Shown one piece after another: positions 1 to 11,385 of a stretch of DNA of 64,000 nt. The stretch comes from Neoechinorhynchus agilis (taxonomy: Eukaryota > Animalia > Acanthocephala), in the NCBI GenBank assembly GCA_051530055.1, contig CM121343.1, positions 6,046,389 through 6,110,388 on the forward strand, read 5' to 3'. The notes beneath the pieces were generated by a model, which had not been told where the DNA came from, ran no database searches, and was given only the letters and a program-made list of their open reading frames with translations. Numbering within the stretch: the first letter of the stretch is position 1; the number at the start of each line of letters is the position of its first letter. Made by a program: the position numbers and the translations under genes.

Positions 1-59
1 GAATTGAGTTTTTTAAGGCATCAACGGTCATTTGATTTATAACAACTTCCTTCATGACT

Positions 60-1020
60 GCAGTGATTAATTTGCTATCATTTGCCGCGAATATTGGTTC
101 GTCCGGGAACGTTATTTCGAGGCTTAGGTAGGCTGCAATTCGTTGCTGAGACAGACTTCGTATTTCATGGACCTAAAGCCCAAGGCGCCCATTCTCAGGG
201 GCAAGTAGAATAAACCTGTGCTAATATAAGGAGGGAAATATAATATTTTTTTGGCTTTTTCCGCCAGTATTCACCTATTTCGGTTAGAAATGTATGGCAT
301 GTAGTTAGTGATGATGCTAACTCCGGTAAAAAAGAGGGTAATCAATAGCCATTCAATAAATGCGCTGCCTGGGTGGGTGATAATCCTGCACTTTTTGGTT
401 GATAGGAATGCATCATCTATTTTGTTCAAGAATTCGATGTTTCGGCGGCCTACAAATGGGTTTCCTCCTATGTAATTGGGTCGCCATCTAATATTGGACT
501 TAATGGACAGCCGGAAATGTTGGCAATCGGCTTTGTATCGACTATCATTCTTCCTTGCTTAAACCGAATCGAGTATGTGGAACATTTCAGTGGGTTAAAA
601 AGGATAGACCTAATTCGGCTATTGAAGCCTGTGCAATGTCCAGCTTTGACTGTACGCCTTCGGTTGAACCACTAACCGAAAGGGTGTCGTCCGCGTAGAC
701 CAAGTGTCCTATCGAGGTTTCGCTTAATTTTAGGTCACTATTGAGCAGACGTAATTTACGGAGCGAGCGACAATGTCGTATGATTTCGTTTAGGACTATA
801 TTATTCGCGAGGCAAGCTGATCCATTAGGCAACGTCTGCCCACCGTCCAAATCGTAGCATTGACGGATTCGACCTAAAAGTACCCGATGAAATAAACGCA
901 TTAAGAAAGACGGGATCGTTATTGGGGGCCAGCATGATATGTTGCGCAATTCTTCGTTTGAGTTAGCAGCTTTAGGTATTAGAATTGTTTTGTCTTCTTT
1001 CCATTGACTTGGGGACGCTC
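60..1020 (-). mobile_element. Degenerate non-LTR retrotransposon reverse-transcriptase fragment, R2/NeSL-like (RLE group), internally deleted
   Basis: Minus strand reads SQWKEDKTILIPK...WPPITIPSFLMRLFHRVLLGRI...Q...CLANNIVLNEIIR and then HLVYADD (ORF 587-949 plus upstream in-frame sequence). These are RT motifs 1-3 and 5. The D..KAFD and QG motifs are missing, implying a deletion. The downstream 60-580 part is interrupted by stops and its boundary is approximate. Confidence 0.75.
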
Positions 1021-1594
1021 ACTCTGAAAAGGTCAGAAAAGGGATAAACTGTCGGACAAAGAAACCGTGAAGCGGCGAAAATTCGGACAAAATTAAAAAA
1101 TAAAAACATCATACTCGGGAACGTTTTGGGAAAATCTATCTATAACAAGGCGAGTACGCAACAAAGATGCCTTCCATCAATTAGTATTCGCTGTAATTAA
1201 TCGAAGAGCGACGATAAAGTGAAAGTAGCCGAGAGGTAGTTGGAGAGCCTTACACTCATTGCTATGAAGAACAAAGTGGCACTCATAGACCCTGAAGTCG
1301 CGTACAACACTAGCCAACTTGACATTCCAAGCACAACGTTCAATGCGATATCCAGTTCCACTTTATCTTTTCTTTGACCCTACCAGACACGCCACGCTGC
1401 TGGGTTGCCCGATGTATGAAAGACGAATTAGGAGACGAGGATACTTAGTTGAAGCGTAAACGAGACCGACCCATTTTTTTATCTTCGCTTCGTTTAATCA
1501 AATATGATCGAACTGATCACGAAACCTTAGTAACTCCAATGCTCCTTCGAGGACAACCCTGTATCTCTGACAAAATCTATGGTTTCGTATGCAA

Positions 1595-1800
1595 AATGAT
1601 ACTGGTGCTCACTGATGAGTCCCGCTTTCCCGGAAAGTATCCGAGAATCCGGAGGGATGCATACAAACTTATAACCGTACGGTCTTGGGGCATTCAGCGC
1701 ATAGCAGCGGTTCCCCGACCAATGAATCGCTGGACTGTGTGTCCATTCGACCGTGTATGGAAAAAATATCTATCAAAAGACTACCGGCTGAGCCACATAT
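1595..1800 (+). mobile_element. 5'-truncated copy of the tRNA-headed hammerhead-motif SINE-like family
   Basis: CTCACTGATGAGTCCC (1608-1623), AAAGTATCCGAGAATCCGGAGGG and the 3' segment GGACTGTGTGTCCATTCGACCGTGTATGG...TATCAAAAGACTACCGGCTGAGCCAC match the copies at 10.1-10.4, 46.5-46.7 and 55.1-55.6 kb. No A/B boxes remain. Confidence 0.75.
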
Positions 1801-2619
1801 AAAAAAATTCTAAAAAAAGTAGTATTTCAAATAAATACCTCGTAATAAAAGTTTTTGATTCTATCAAGTATTAAATCTAGGTAATTTAAAATGTAACATG
1901 ACCTTATATAAAAAATACCTTGTCTAAACTTAGACAAAAGGGCAAAACCGGCTCATGTTCATGTCTAAGAGATAATTACCTTTATTTTGTCTTAAGATTT
2001 TGCATGACACGCTTTAAACTGAATATTCAGAATCTGGATTCCGAGAAACATCTTCAGACTTTACATTAATGAAGTATGAAAGGTGATATCGAAATCGTGA
2101 TTTATCATTTTTTGCTTTCTGACGCTGTAGAAGAACAAGTTTCATTTCTAAATATTTGCGTCAAATTTTTTTATGCGTTTTGACTCGCTTGATTGCTTCA
2201 AATCTCGCGATCCTGCCCTGTATAAGAAAAGTTTGGGTACCGCTGTTTTACACAAAATATTATTTTCTTTTGGTAGTTACACCATCGCTCGGGAACCCTC
2301 GCAGGAAGAGCACCACTGCCTTTTTATTAGCCACTTTAAACCGATATATTGACTTTATTACCTTTCATCGGTTCAACTGTTCCATTATCAAACGATTATC
2401 CGCTTGATCAAATCAATTTGATGTCCACAATTCATCGTATGATTTGATAAAGCTGATGAAGTATCATAACGTCTACACGAATATCTTTGTTGTGAGATCC
2501 TTTTTTGAATCCCTGTTTGCTTTGTCCCACATATTTCTCTTCATGCTGTTCTTTTTTTTCAGGAGATGATTTTTTTCGAACAAAACGTTTTAACAATCAC
2601 CACCGTCCACGAAGAAGAG

Positions 2620-2845
2620 GCATCGCTCTCCTTTCAGCGGTTGCGACCACACTCGCTGCGTTTCCTCCTTGGATCGCGAAACCAATGTTTTGACGCAGGA
2701 AGGCACCAGCTCTTGTATTTCCTGTCTAGGCCTGGAGTCTACTCGGTAACTCCTTCATAAATCTAAGTGCCGAGCTACCGAGTGCACCAAGAGTCTCCAC
2801 GCCAAAGGGTACAAAAAACGTGAGACCTACTTGACTTATTTTTGG
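2620..2845 (-). mobile_element. CRE-like non-LTR retrotransposon 3' (RLE C-terminal) fragment
   Basis: Minus strand translates FVPFGVETLGALGSSALRFMKEL...*TGNTRAGAFLRQNIGFAIQGGNAASVVATAE, homologous to the end of ORF 52686-53399. Confidence 0.75.
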
Positions 2846-2904
2846 GGAAACCTGCAAGGTTGCCACCCTTTTATAGTCTACAAAATGATCTTTCTGTCCA
2901 CGTT

Positions 2905-3365
2905 ATGCAAATCCCATCTAAGGTTCGATTGATTTACCCTCCCTCACCTACGATTATCCCGTATTTTGCAACCTAACCAAATCTCAAATCCGCCGTCTTG
3001 AAATTCTTCACAAAAGAGCATCTAAAATTTGCACAACTGACATTCCCCCTCTCACCGAATGCCTTGATATTATTTTCATAAAAGAGACAAAACGCTTCTC
3101 AACCCTACCACCCGAATTTCTTCCACATATCGCCCTTTTTTCACAAGAGCACAACACTCGTAGTCCAAATTCGTTTCATCCTCCATCGACCTCGCAGCTC
3201 TTTCCATGCTGCCCAATCTTCTCTCGGATATCATAACCTGAAATGATTCTGAGGACAACCTCACAAGCTCTCCGGCAAACAATAACCACCACTTCCCAAC
3301 CCGAGCGGACATTTCAGAACTCGAGCGTTTATGAGGACCTAAAGGTACATGGGTTCTCCTCTTTG
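2905..3365 (+). mobile_element. L2/CR1-group LINE 3' end (RT C-terminus plus 3' UTR stem-loop)
   Basis: Translates RRLEILHKRASKICTTDIPPLTECLDIIF. It aligns in reverse orientation with 53815-54660 and ends in the hairpin GAGGACC-TAAAGGTACAT-GGGTTCTC (3333-3358). Confidence 0.7.
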
Positions 3366-5331
3366 TGCTGGATAGCCTCATCACGCACACTATGGAGTTC
3401 CGCGACATGTATTTTGAACAATCTATCAAACTATTTGCGGAAATTAAGAAAATCAAGCCGAGTCTTATTTTTTCATCAAAAAGATCTTTCCTAATGCCAC
3501 AAAAGATTTCCATAAACACTTGTTCAGGATGGATACAATTCTCAATGTGCATCGGGTAACGGCTCATATTTATGGAATAAATCGGACGGAAGGATGCGAC
3601 ACGAAGATGTGCGGTACTGGCTAAGGTAGAACCCGATAATCCTGTTCAACAGTATTCGCTTTGATGTCAATTAAAGTGATTATTTGCAATAAAATAATTG
3701 TGGAATTGTACTGCCTCCGATGCTCCGTAAAAGACGCCGATCGATTTTGGGGGCGGATTCTAGATACTTATTAAATCGCAATGATTTTTTTGGAAATTTG
3801 CAGATTTAAACGTGGACCATCGACCTGTCTGGCATTTAGAATTGATGCGTGATCGGGATATTTTCCAATGTTTATTAAATTTCCCCGTTACTGATTAAAG
3901 TGTTTCACTCTCAAGTTACGTAGAATAATAGCATGGATTCCATCGAGCCTTTTTCTATCAATGAATTGTTTGGAGGTGTTAAAAACCAAAGTGCAAGCAT
4001 TTTGTACTTGACAACAACTGAATTCCGAATGAGTACTTTGTAGTAAGCAGCAAAATATTTTGGAAGATGTTTAATTTTGATCGAAGGAAACTACGAACTG
4101 TTTATATCGATGATGCGTGCGACTTTTGGAATTCAAAGGATCAGTGTAATCATAATTCCCAATTTTGGCCTTCATCAAAAGAAACCGATCCATTTAATTT
4201 TCAATTTTTCGCAAATAAAACCACAATGCCGAATTGTGTTTGCATCATTGGAAAGTTTGCAGAAGATAGATTATTTGAGTTCGGAACCTGTCGCCTATGA
4301 TTGTGTTTCGAACGGGACCATCAACTTCAGGGTTGATATTCTGGTAAATCAGTAACGAGCTGGTCCACGTTAATTCGAAAAATCTTCGGCCTAAGGCGTT
4401 TTTTACGATCTCGACGAACATCAACTCTGTCTGTCTAGGTGTAAAATGGGAAAATATGACCAGTCTTTTCGACAGCAAACGCAGACTAATAATTCGACCT
4501 ACCACTACGACTGATCAGTATTTGATTGGTGTCTTTGAAGTTCCTTTTGAACGTACTTAAGATCGCTTACAAAACAACTGCGGTTTTGCGTAACCGAGAC
4601 AGCTAAGAGTCGTTTTATATGAACTAGTTTCTTCAAAAGATTTTGCGAATAAGCTTGCCGAGACGTGAGTAGCGCCTTTGGACTTTCACGGAGTGGATTT
4701 GAGTGTTCCCTTTTTCCTGCATAAATCGGCGATATTTCACGCAGCAAAGTCTTAATATTTATATAAATCAATTTAAGGACGCTTGCTTGCCTTTATAAAC
4801 ATATTTAAAATTTCGATGGACCGTTTACATTCGCACGCGCGCGGGCGTCTGACAAAATTGAGACGTTAGAAGATTTTGAAAAGGGGGGGGCTGTGAACGG
4901 AATAAATTCAATGTTGTTGCTGCGGTGTGTGTGGTATTTGGAACGGTGGTGAAGAATCACAGTATTGCGCAATTCGGGTAAAATAGTCTTTTTTAAATGG
5001 CGTAAACCTTAGACAGTGGATCAACAGAAGCAACCAGTGTTATTGTTTTAAGTGTTTCTTTTTTGCGATGCAATTATGTCATAATTCTACTCGTGGAACA
5101 ATCTACACTGCTCGCTATTGGCTCTTATGAAACGTTAGTCCCATATCGACTAACACATTCGATTATGATCATCTTTCCGATTGGCGTTTGTGTCCGTAGA
5201 GAGTGAAGAAAAAGGTACTTTGGTCTACGTGTGTGTGTGTGTGTCAAATTTTCGGAATGCTGCTCAGTGCACTACTCACATAGGAAAACCATATCAATGC
5301 TGACTTGTTGTATTTTTTAGTATACAGACTA

Positions 5332-5674
5332 TGGTGGTGGTGGTGGCGGTGTTGGTTGAGAGCGAGCGAGAGTTGTGGCTACGCGAGCAGCCTCCCATTT
5401 TGTACAGCTACGAGAGAGCTGCTCGTATGTGCTACTACTTTTTTTTGAGGAAAGGGGGTCTACATTTTAAAGGAGAAGAGGAGAAACGCATGTAACACAC
5501 AGTGAGAGAAAATGTACATATGCTTGTCGTGCAAAGGTCTATTAATCTTTTACATTTTCGATGACTTCCCTTGTTCTCAAGGAATCATGGTAGTCATAAC
5601 TCTTCTCCATATATTCCGCGTGCTACTCGTTGAGAAGATGTCCAAATGAACCAACATCGCCACCACCACCACCA
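5332..5674. repeat. 26-bp inverted repeat pair just upstream of the NR2F start codon
   Basis: 5332-5357 TGGTGGTGGTGGTGGCGGTGTTGGTT versus the reverse complement of 5649-5674: 25/26 identical, and the difference is a G-U-compatible pair. Confidence 0.8.
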
Positions 5675-5734
5675 CTCTTCCCATAGGGCCGACGATTACT
5701 ACTTATCACTCAATCAAGTTACTGTAATCATCCA

Positions 5735-8317
5735 ATGAGGAGTGTCGAACTACGACAACAATGTGAGTTTTCTTAATTGTACTTAATCGCACTTTTATAC
5801 AATAACAGAAAAAAAGATTAAGAGTTTTATAGTAGGTGTCACGCGCATATACACCAAAATCAGCTTTACAGGTAAACTAAGACACTTGTTTGTATAAAAG
5901 GCTGACTTTATGGCAACCAGGCATGTCCAATCTACATTTAAATCTAGGTGACCTCGGGTCTCCTTAAATCCTAAACAGCTATAACGCAAATTATCCGCAC
6001 AACTAAACATCATGTTTAAAAATAAAAGTCCAAACAAACCTTCTTATTTCTTGCTTTTAGTGAACCAATCGACATCTACGGTTTTATCACAATCCTTAGT
6101 TCATTCGACAAACAATGAGTCGATCGTTCAAACTAATAACACCGACCAACGGTTCTATGAACCTCTTCGCAAACTTCATGAGGCCGACTGTTCAATGAGC
6201 GAAGACGTCGATCTGCAAGCAGAATGGCTGACACAATCACATCATCCGCTGCTCACGGTTACCGAATCCGCCGCACCTACAAAATCGCCGCAACCGACAC
6301 CCTTGCTCTTCGAAACTCGTTCCAACGAAACTGAAGACGATCTTTGTACAAACGGAGACACTAGCAATTTCGTATCGACAATTGGTGACCACGGAGGTTC
6401 ATGCGGTGCTCTGAGGACAGGTATATCTCCACCATCAAAGCGCCGAGCTGCCCTCGTGGATCATCATCAATTTCACATTGAGTATACAGTGTCGCACGTC
6501 AACAGTGAAACTCATTTTCATGCCAGACAAAACTCTGGACCGAACGATTTCGCAATCTTTGGAACCCACCACCCAGGAACTTTAGGAAACATCCAACCTG
6601 TAGATGATCCTTTATCCGGACTAATCGAAAATACGTCCAGCTATTCCACTCTTTCTCAAGAATTGGACTCACATCTTTGCTCAAGTACAGCCACGACTGC
6701 CATCACCGACTCTGGATCGCCTTTCATAAACGAATCTCCGTTAAACTTTAAAAGAATCAGTTCGGATAATTGCAGCAGTGGAAATAACAGCATGGTCGGT
6801 ACCGGAAATGGAAATAGTGGAAGATATGAGCATCGGCATTCATCATTTGATCCAAAGAAGCAGCACGAAAATAATCAAGTTTCCGCGATTGCTTGTGTCG
6901 TCTGTAGTGACAAAAGCAGCGGGAAACATTATGGTCAGTATACCTGCGAAGGCTGCAAATCCTTTTTCAAACGGAGTGTCAGACGAAACATGCTTTACAA
7001 TTGTAAAGGAAGCAAGAGTTGTCCGGTTGATCAACCGCATCGCAATCAATGCCAATACTGTCGATTTCAGAAGTGTATAAAAATGGGCATGAAAAGAGAC
7101 TGTAAGACTTTTTCAATTTTTACCCGGTTGAAACCAATCATCCCTCTAAATTTCCTAGCAGCAGTTCAAAAAGGTCGATCGTCTCATCAATTTTTGCTCA
7201 TGAACACTAGAAAATCGAGCAACAATGGAGGAGACGGTACTCCACCTCTCCCAACCCGCACAACAAGCCAACCACCGCCAATCATTAATATACACAATGA
7301 AAGCGCAATCAACTCACAGATTAAAAAACCAGAATATTTACACGAGCGTACATCGAACTTATTTTACGGAGATCCACAAGACAACGAGCAACCAAATCCA
7401 AGCGAAACCTATCTTGTCCATCACAACCCAAAAACGAGAAGAGGACGACAAACCGCAGCATCTTATGGTGTGAACAATACGCTGAACACTTTTAGTAGTA
7501 GTAGCAGCACTGAACATCGACGGAAACTGTTAGCATCGCTCCACGAAGCTGAGCGGCGTGACACTCAATATGACCCAGAGTTTAGTATGGAATACAGCGC
7601 TCCGAACATTGATTCCATGTTCGAAATTCTGGCTCGGCTCATATTTATTGTGGTTCGTTGGGCAAGGGATATCCCTGCATTTGCAGAATTATTGGTCGAT
7701 GATCGAATAGCACTACTGAGATCCACATGGAGTCATATGTTCTTAATTAAAATGGCACAATGCAATTTACCATTTCAAAGTATATTGCCACTTAGCAGTG
7801 AATCACAGGAGGATGTTTCAGGTTAGGACTATATAACTATTTGTTATCGTCCTCTTTCAAAATTGATAGATATGAACACAATCATTCATAGAATTGAAAA
7901 GTTACGAGAACTAAACATGAACTACGCCGAATATGGATGCCTCAAAGCGGCAGTATTATTTTCGCCAGGTAAAAATGAAGCTTTTAAATTCTTATTTGAT
8001 TATGTGCGATTTGATTTTGTGCTACTCATGACCGTTTAGAGACCGCGAATATTTCTAATAGAGATAGGATATTGTTTCTGCAAGAGCAAACACTGATGGC
8101 ACTTCACGAAAGCATTAGAAATATCTACGGATCAGACGTTAGCCGCCTCATAAAGATCACAATGCAAACCCACTTGGTGAAGTCAGTTCAAAGTGAAGTT
8201 ATGGAGCGTTTATTCTTTAGTCAAATAATCGGAAAAGCGAAAATGCAAGCGTTGATAAAAAATATGCTTTTGACAACAGACTGCTTTAACTCACTGGATC
8301 AATACAGGAGATTTTGA
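5735..8317 (+). CDS. NR2F: NR2F (COUP-TF/seven-up) nuclear receptor, about 5 exons
   Basis: C4 zinc fingers [32 protein letters not shown]...[19 protein letters not shown] and LBD motifs [11 protein letters not shown]...LL...[13 protein letters not shown] and [12 protein letters not shown]...LIKNMLL. Inferred GT-AG introns: 5763-6060, 7102-7158/7161 (NAGNAG), 7822-7869, about 7969-8039. The first exon 5735-5762 is inferred from phase compatibility. Confidence 0.95.
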
Positions 8318-8486
8318 ATTGCTCTAAACGCTCTTGTATAGCATTATGGAATTAGGTATGCGTGTCCTACATGTACAATTGATCACGCTTTCTTAAATAT
8401 TATCATTAAAATCCTTTCTCGGCCATCATGTACCAAAGAAGGTCTAAATGCTAATACAAACCAGTCAAGTCACTCATCAGCTAAAT

Positions 8487-9742
8487 GTGGTAGTGGTCGT
8501 GGTGGTCGTGGTCGCAGTCGGTGGTGGCGGTGGTCGTGGTGGTGGTCGTGGTCGTGGCGGTGGCGGTGATCGTGCTCTTGGTCGTCGTCGTGGTGGTGGT
8601 CGTGGTCGTGGCGGTGGTGGTGGTCGTGGTCGTGGTGGTTGTGGTGGTCGTGGCGGTGGTCGTGGCGGTGGTCGTGGTGGTCGTGGTCGTCGTAGTGGTC
8701 GTCGTGGTGGTGGTCGTGGTCGTGGTGGTGGCGGCGGCGGTGGTGGTGGTGGTGGTCGGTCGCAGTCGGTGGTGGCGGTGGTCGGTGCTGGTGGTCGCAG
8801 TTGGTGGTGGTGGTGGTGGTGGTGGTCGTGCTCTTGGTCGTCGTCGTGGTGGTCGTGGTCGTGGGGGGGTGGTTGTGTTGTGGTGGGGTGGTGTGGTGGT
8901 CGTGGTGGTGGTGGTGGTGGTGGTCGTGTCTGGTCGTGTGTGGTGGTCGTGGCGGTGGTGGTCGTGGCGGTGGCGGTGGTCGTGGTCGTCGTGGTGGTGG
9001 TCGTGGTGGTGGTCGTGGTCGTCGTGGTCGTGGTCGTGGCGGTGGTCGTGGTGGTTGTGGTGGTGGTCGTGGTGGTGGTCGGTGCTACTGGTCGCAGTCG
9101 GTGGTGGCGGTGGTCGGTGCTGGTGGTCGCAGTTGGTGGTGGTCGTGGTCGTGGCGGTTGTGGTGGCTGTGGTGGTCGTGGCGGTGGTCGTGGCGGTGGC
9201 GGTGATCGTGCTCTTGGTCGTCGTGGTGGTGATCGTGGTCGTGGCGGTGGTGGTGGTGGTCGTGGTCGTGGTGGTTGTGGTGGTCGTGGCGGTGGCGGTG
9301 GTCGTGGTGGTCGTAGTGGTCGTCGTGGTGGTGGTCGTGGCGGTGGTCGTGGCGGTGGTCGTGGTGGTGGTGGTTGTGGTGGTGGTCGTGGTGGTCGGTC
9401 GCAGTCGGTGATGGCGGTGGTCGGTGCTGGTGGTCGCAGTTGGTGGTGGATGTGGTGGTGGTCGTGCTCTTGGTCGTCGTGGTGGTGGTCGTGGCGGTGG
9501 CGGTGGTCGTGGCGGTGGTCGTGGTGGTCGTGGTCGTCGTAGTGGTCGTCGTGGTGGTGGTCGTGGTGGTCGTGGTCGTAGTGGTGGTCGGTGCTGGTGG
9601 TCGCAGTCGGTGGTGGCGGTGGCGGTGGTCGGTGCTGTTGGTCGCAGTTGGTGGTGGTCGTGGCGGTGGTGGTGGTCGTGGCGGTGGTCGTGGTGGTGGT
9701 GGTGGTGGTCGTGGTCGTGGTCGTCGTGGTGGTGGTCGTGGT
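8487..9742. repeat. Complex GGT/CGT/GGC trinucleotide satellite with about 637-bp higher-order duplication
   Basis: Recurrent cassettes (GATCGTGCTCTTGGTCGTCG near 8567 and 9204, TCGTGCTCTTGGTCG near 8826 and 9463, GGTCGCAGTCGGTG at five sites) sit inside GGT runs, and paired cassettes lie about 620-640 bp apart. Confidence 0.9.
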
Positions 9743-10099
9743 ACCTTGTGATACCTGAATTCACGATTTCTCCATGGCTTGTCTCATTTGTACCATCAAA
9801 CGCACTTCGATTTTAGTGGTGATGCGCGAAGTATGCTCGCTGCATTTCCTAAAATGAATCGATTAAGAGCGAAATCGTTCAACGAATTGCACACGATGAC
9901 CAATGGAAAACCCTGTGCAGCAAAATTAAAGCTCTAATTTAAAATTCGAATTTAGTGGAGATTTGCCAAAAATGAATACAAAGCGCGGCAACGCTTGAAT
10001 CTAAGAATAATGTTTTAAGAATTCACGAATTGAATCTACTTAAAAATATGTTTGGAAGTCTTGATTTCACAATGGAACAGACTTCGAAATTTCGCTCAT

Positions 10100-10370
10100 A
10101 GATATGTGTAACCGCTGAGCGGACACACACAGTCCAACGATTTTAGTCTGGGAAAGCGCTTTTTCGGGCTCAATGCCTACGAGTTTGTACGCATCCCTCC
10201 GGAATCTCAGATACTTTCCGAGGAGGTGAGACTCATCAGTGAGTTTCCTCCATTCAACGAGGTATTTCGTCGCCTTTGGATGTGCGTCATCGGCGATCGT
10301 GGATTTGAACCCGTTGACCCAACAAAAACTGAAATCAGTAAGAGCATTAGTCCACTTGACCATGAACGGT
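10100..10370 (-). mobile_element. tRNA-derived SINE-like element with intact hammerhead core motifs
   Basis: A box TGGTCAAGTGG (10362-10352) and B box GGTTCAAATCC (10311-10301), followed by GAC-GAAA-TAC, CTCA-CTGATGA-GTC and GTATC-TGAG. The 3' tail is shared with the other copies. Confidence 0.8.
10196..10277 (-). ncRNA. Candidate non-circularly permuted hammerhead ribozyme (predicted cut after AUC, 10210/10209)
   Basis: Core CUGAUGA 10239-10233, G10.1-C11.1 pair, GAAA 10268-10265 and AUC triplet. Stem I GGAA-A-CUCA/UGAG-A-UUCC, stem II GAC/GUC, stem III AUAC/GUAU. Folded by eye only. Confidence 0.55.
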
Positions 10371-10935
10371 CATCAAAGGTTGAGATTATCATAAAATTGC
10401 TTAAAACTTTTGTTATGAACTTTAAAAAATTCAATCATATCAAGAAGATCCTTCGAAATAGTAAATATTGAATGGTGGCAGTGAACATAATCAGGGTTAA
10501 AAAATTATTAATAAAAATATTTCGAAAGAGGATGTTGAGCGAATAAGACACTTGGAAACAATGACCCGGGTGAGGTGAGTTTTCCTGTTTCTAAATATTT
10601 CACAATAATAAAAATCTTTAACTGGGGGGGGGATTATGTTCACTGCCACCATTCAATAATTAAAAATTCCCAATTATCTACACTAAAATTTAAAAGTTTA
10701 TTGAGAGCGTCTAATTTCGAAATTCTCACATACCCAATTCGCCTACTTTTGGTACTTAAGGTAATCTTCATCATCAAGAATATTGGGAAGGATTCCTAAA
10801 CTTCATAAAATCCGCCTACAATAATGAATCTGTGAGGATTTTCTGCTAAGGCGAAAAAGAAAAATAATTTTATTTTAGTACAAAAAAAGGTAGTATGGAC
10901 TTTTATTTGATTCTTCCCGATCAAACCTGATGTCG

Positions 10936-11330
10936 TCATGATTTTGATTGCCGGTTAATGCGCCGCCGCCGACACCCTAATTTTTTTGAAGACATCGCTG
11001 ATTTCACGCCTTGAACCACGTTTCTTTCGAATCCATTGAAGATTACACCACGGTTGTCGAAGCGTCCATCACACCTAGAACACATCACCAATGCTTCATT
11101 CTTCAGGTTTTTGATAAGTTTCTTCTGTCCCGGTTTTAAGGGTACACTCACATCCGCGCTGTCTTCGACTGCTGACTTATGCCGAACAGAGACTACGACG
11201 AGGCTCTGTCTCTTGTATAAGACTCCAGGCAAGAGTTGTTCTAACGTGGCAACACCTTTTTTTGCCACTGCTTCAGTGATGGTGGCAAACGCAAATATAT
11301 CTAGAAAAAAAAGAAGGTATTTACGCACAT
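10936..11330 (-). CDS. Unassigned ORF, head-to-head with PDI
   Basis: 130-codon open frame with globular-looking composition (FATITEAVAKKGVATLEQLLPGVLYKRQSL...MCSRCDGRFDNRG) and a strong acceptor TTTTTTTTCTAG at 11301. The true start and product are not identified. Confidence 0.4.
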
Positions 11331-11385
11331 AATCCTCGTTGTTTCAATCGTCGATCCTGCAGCTCTCAAATTCGTTGAGTTTTAG

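Noticed and set aside
8448-9816. Poly-Val/Gly/Thr/His ORFs as proteins (also 54130-54551)
   Set aside because: The frames are open only because GGT-type repeats lack stops. There is no consistent frame, start context or splice support.
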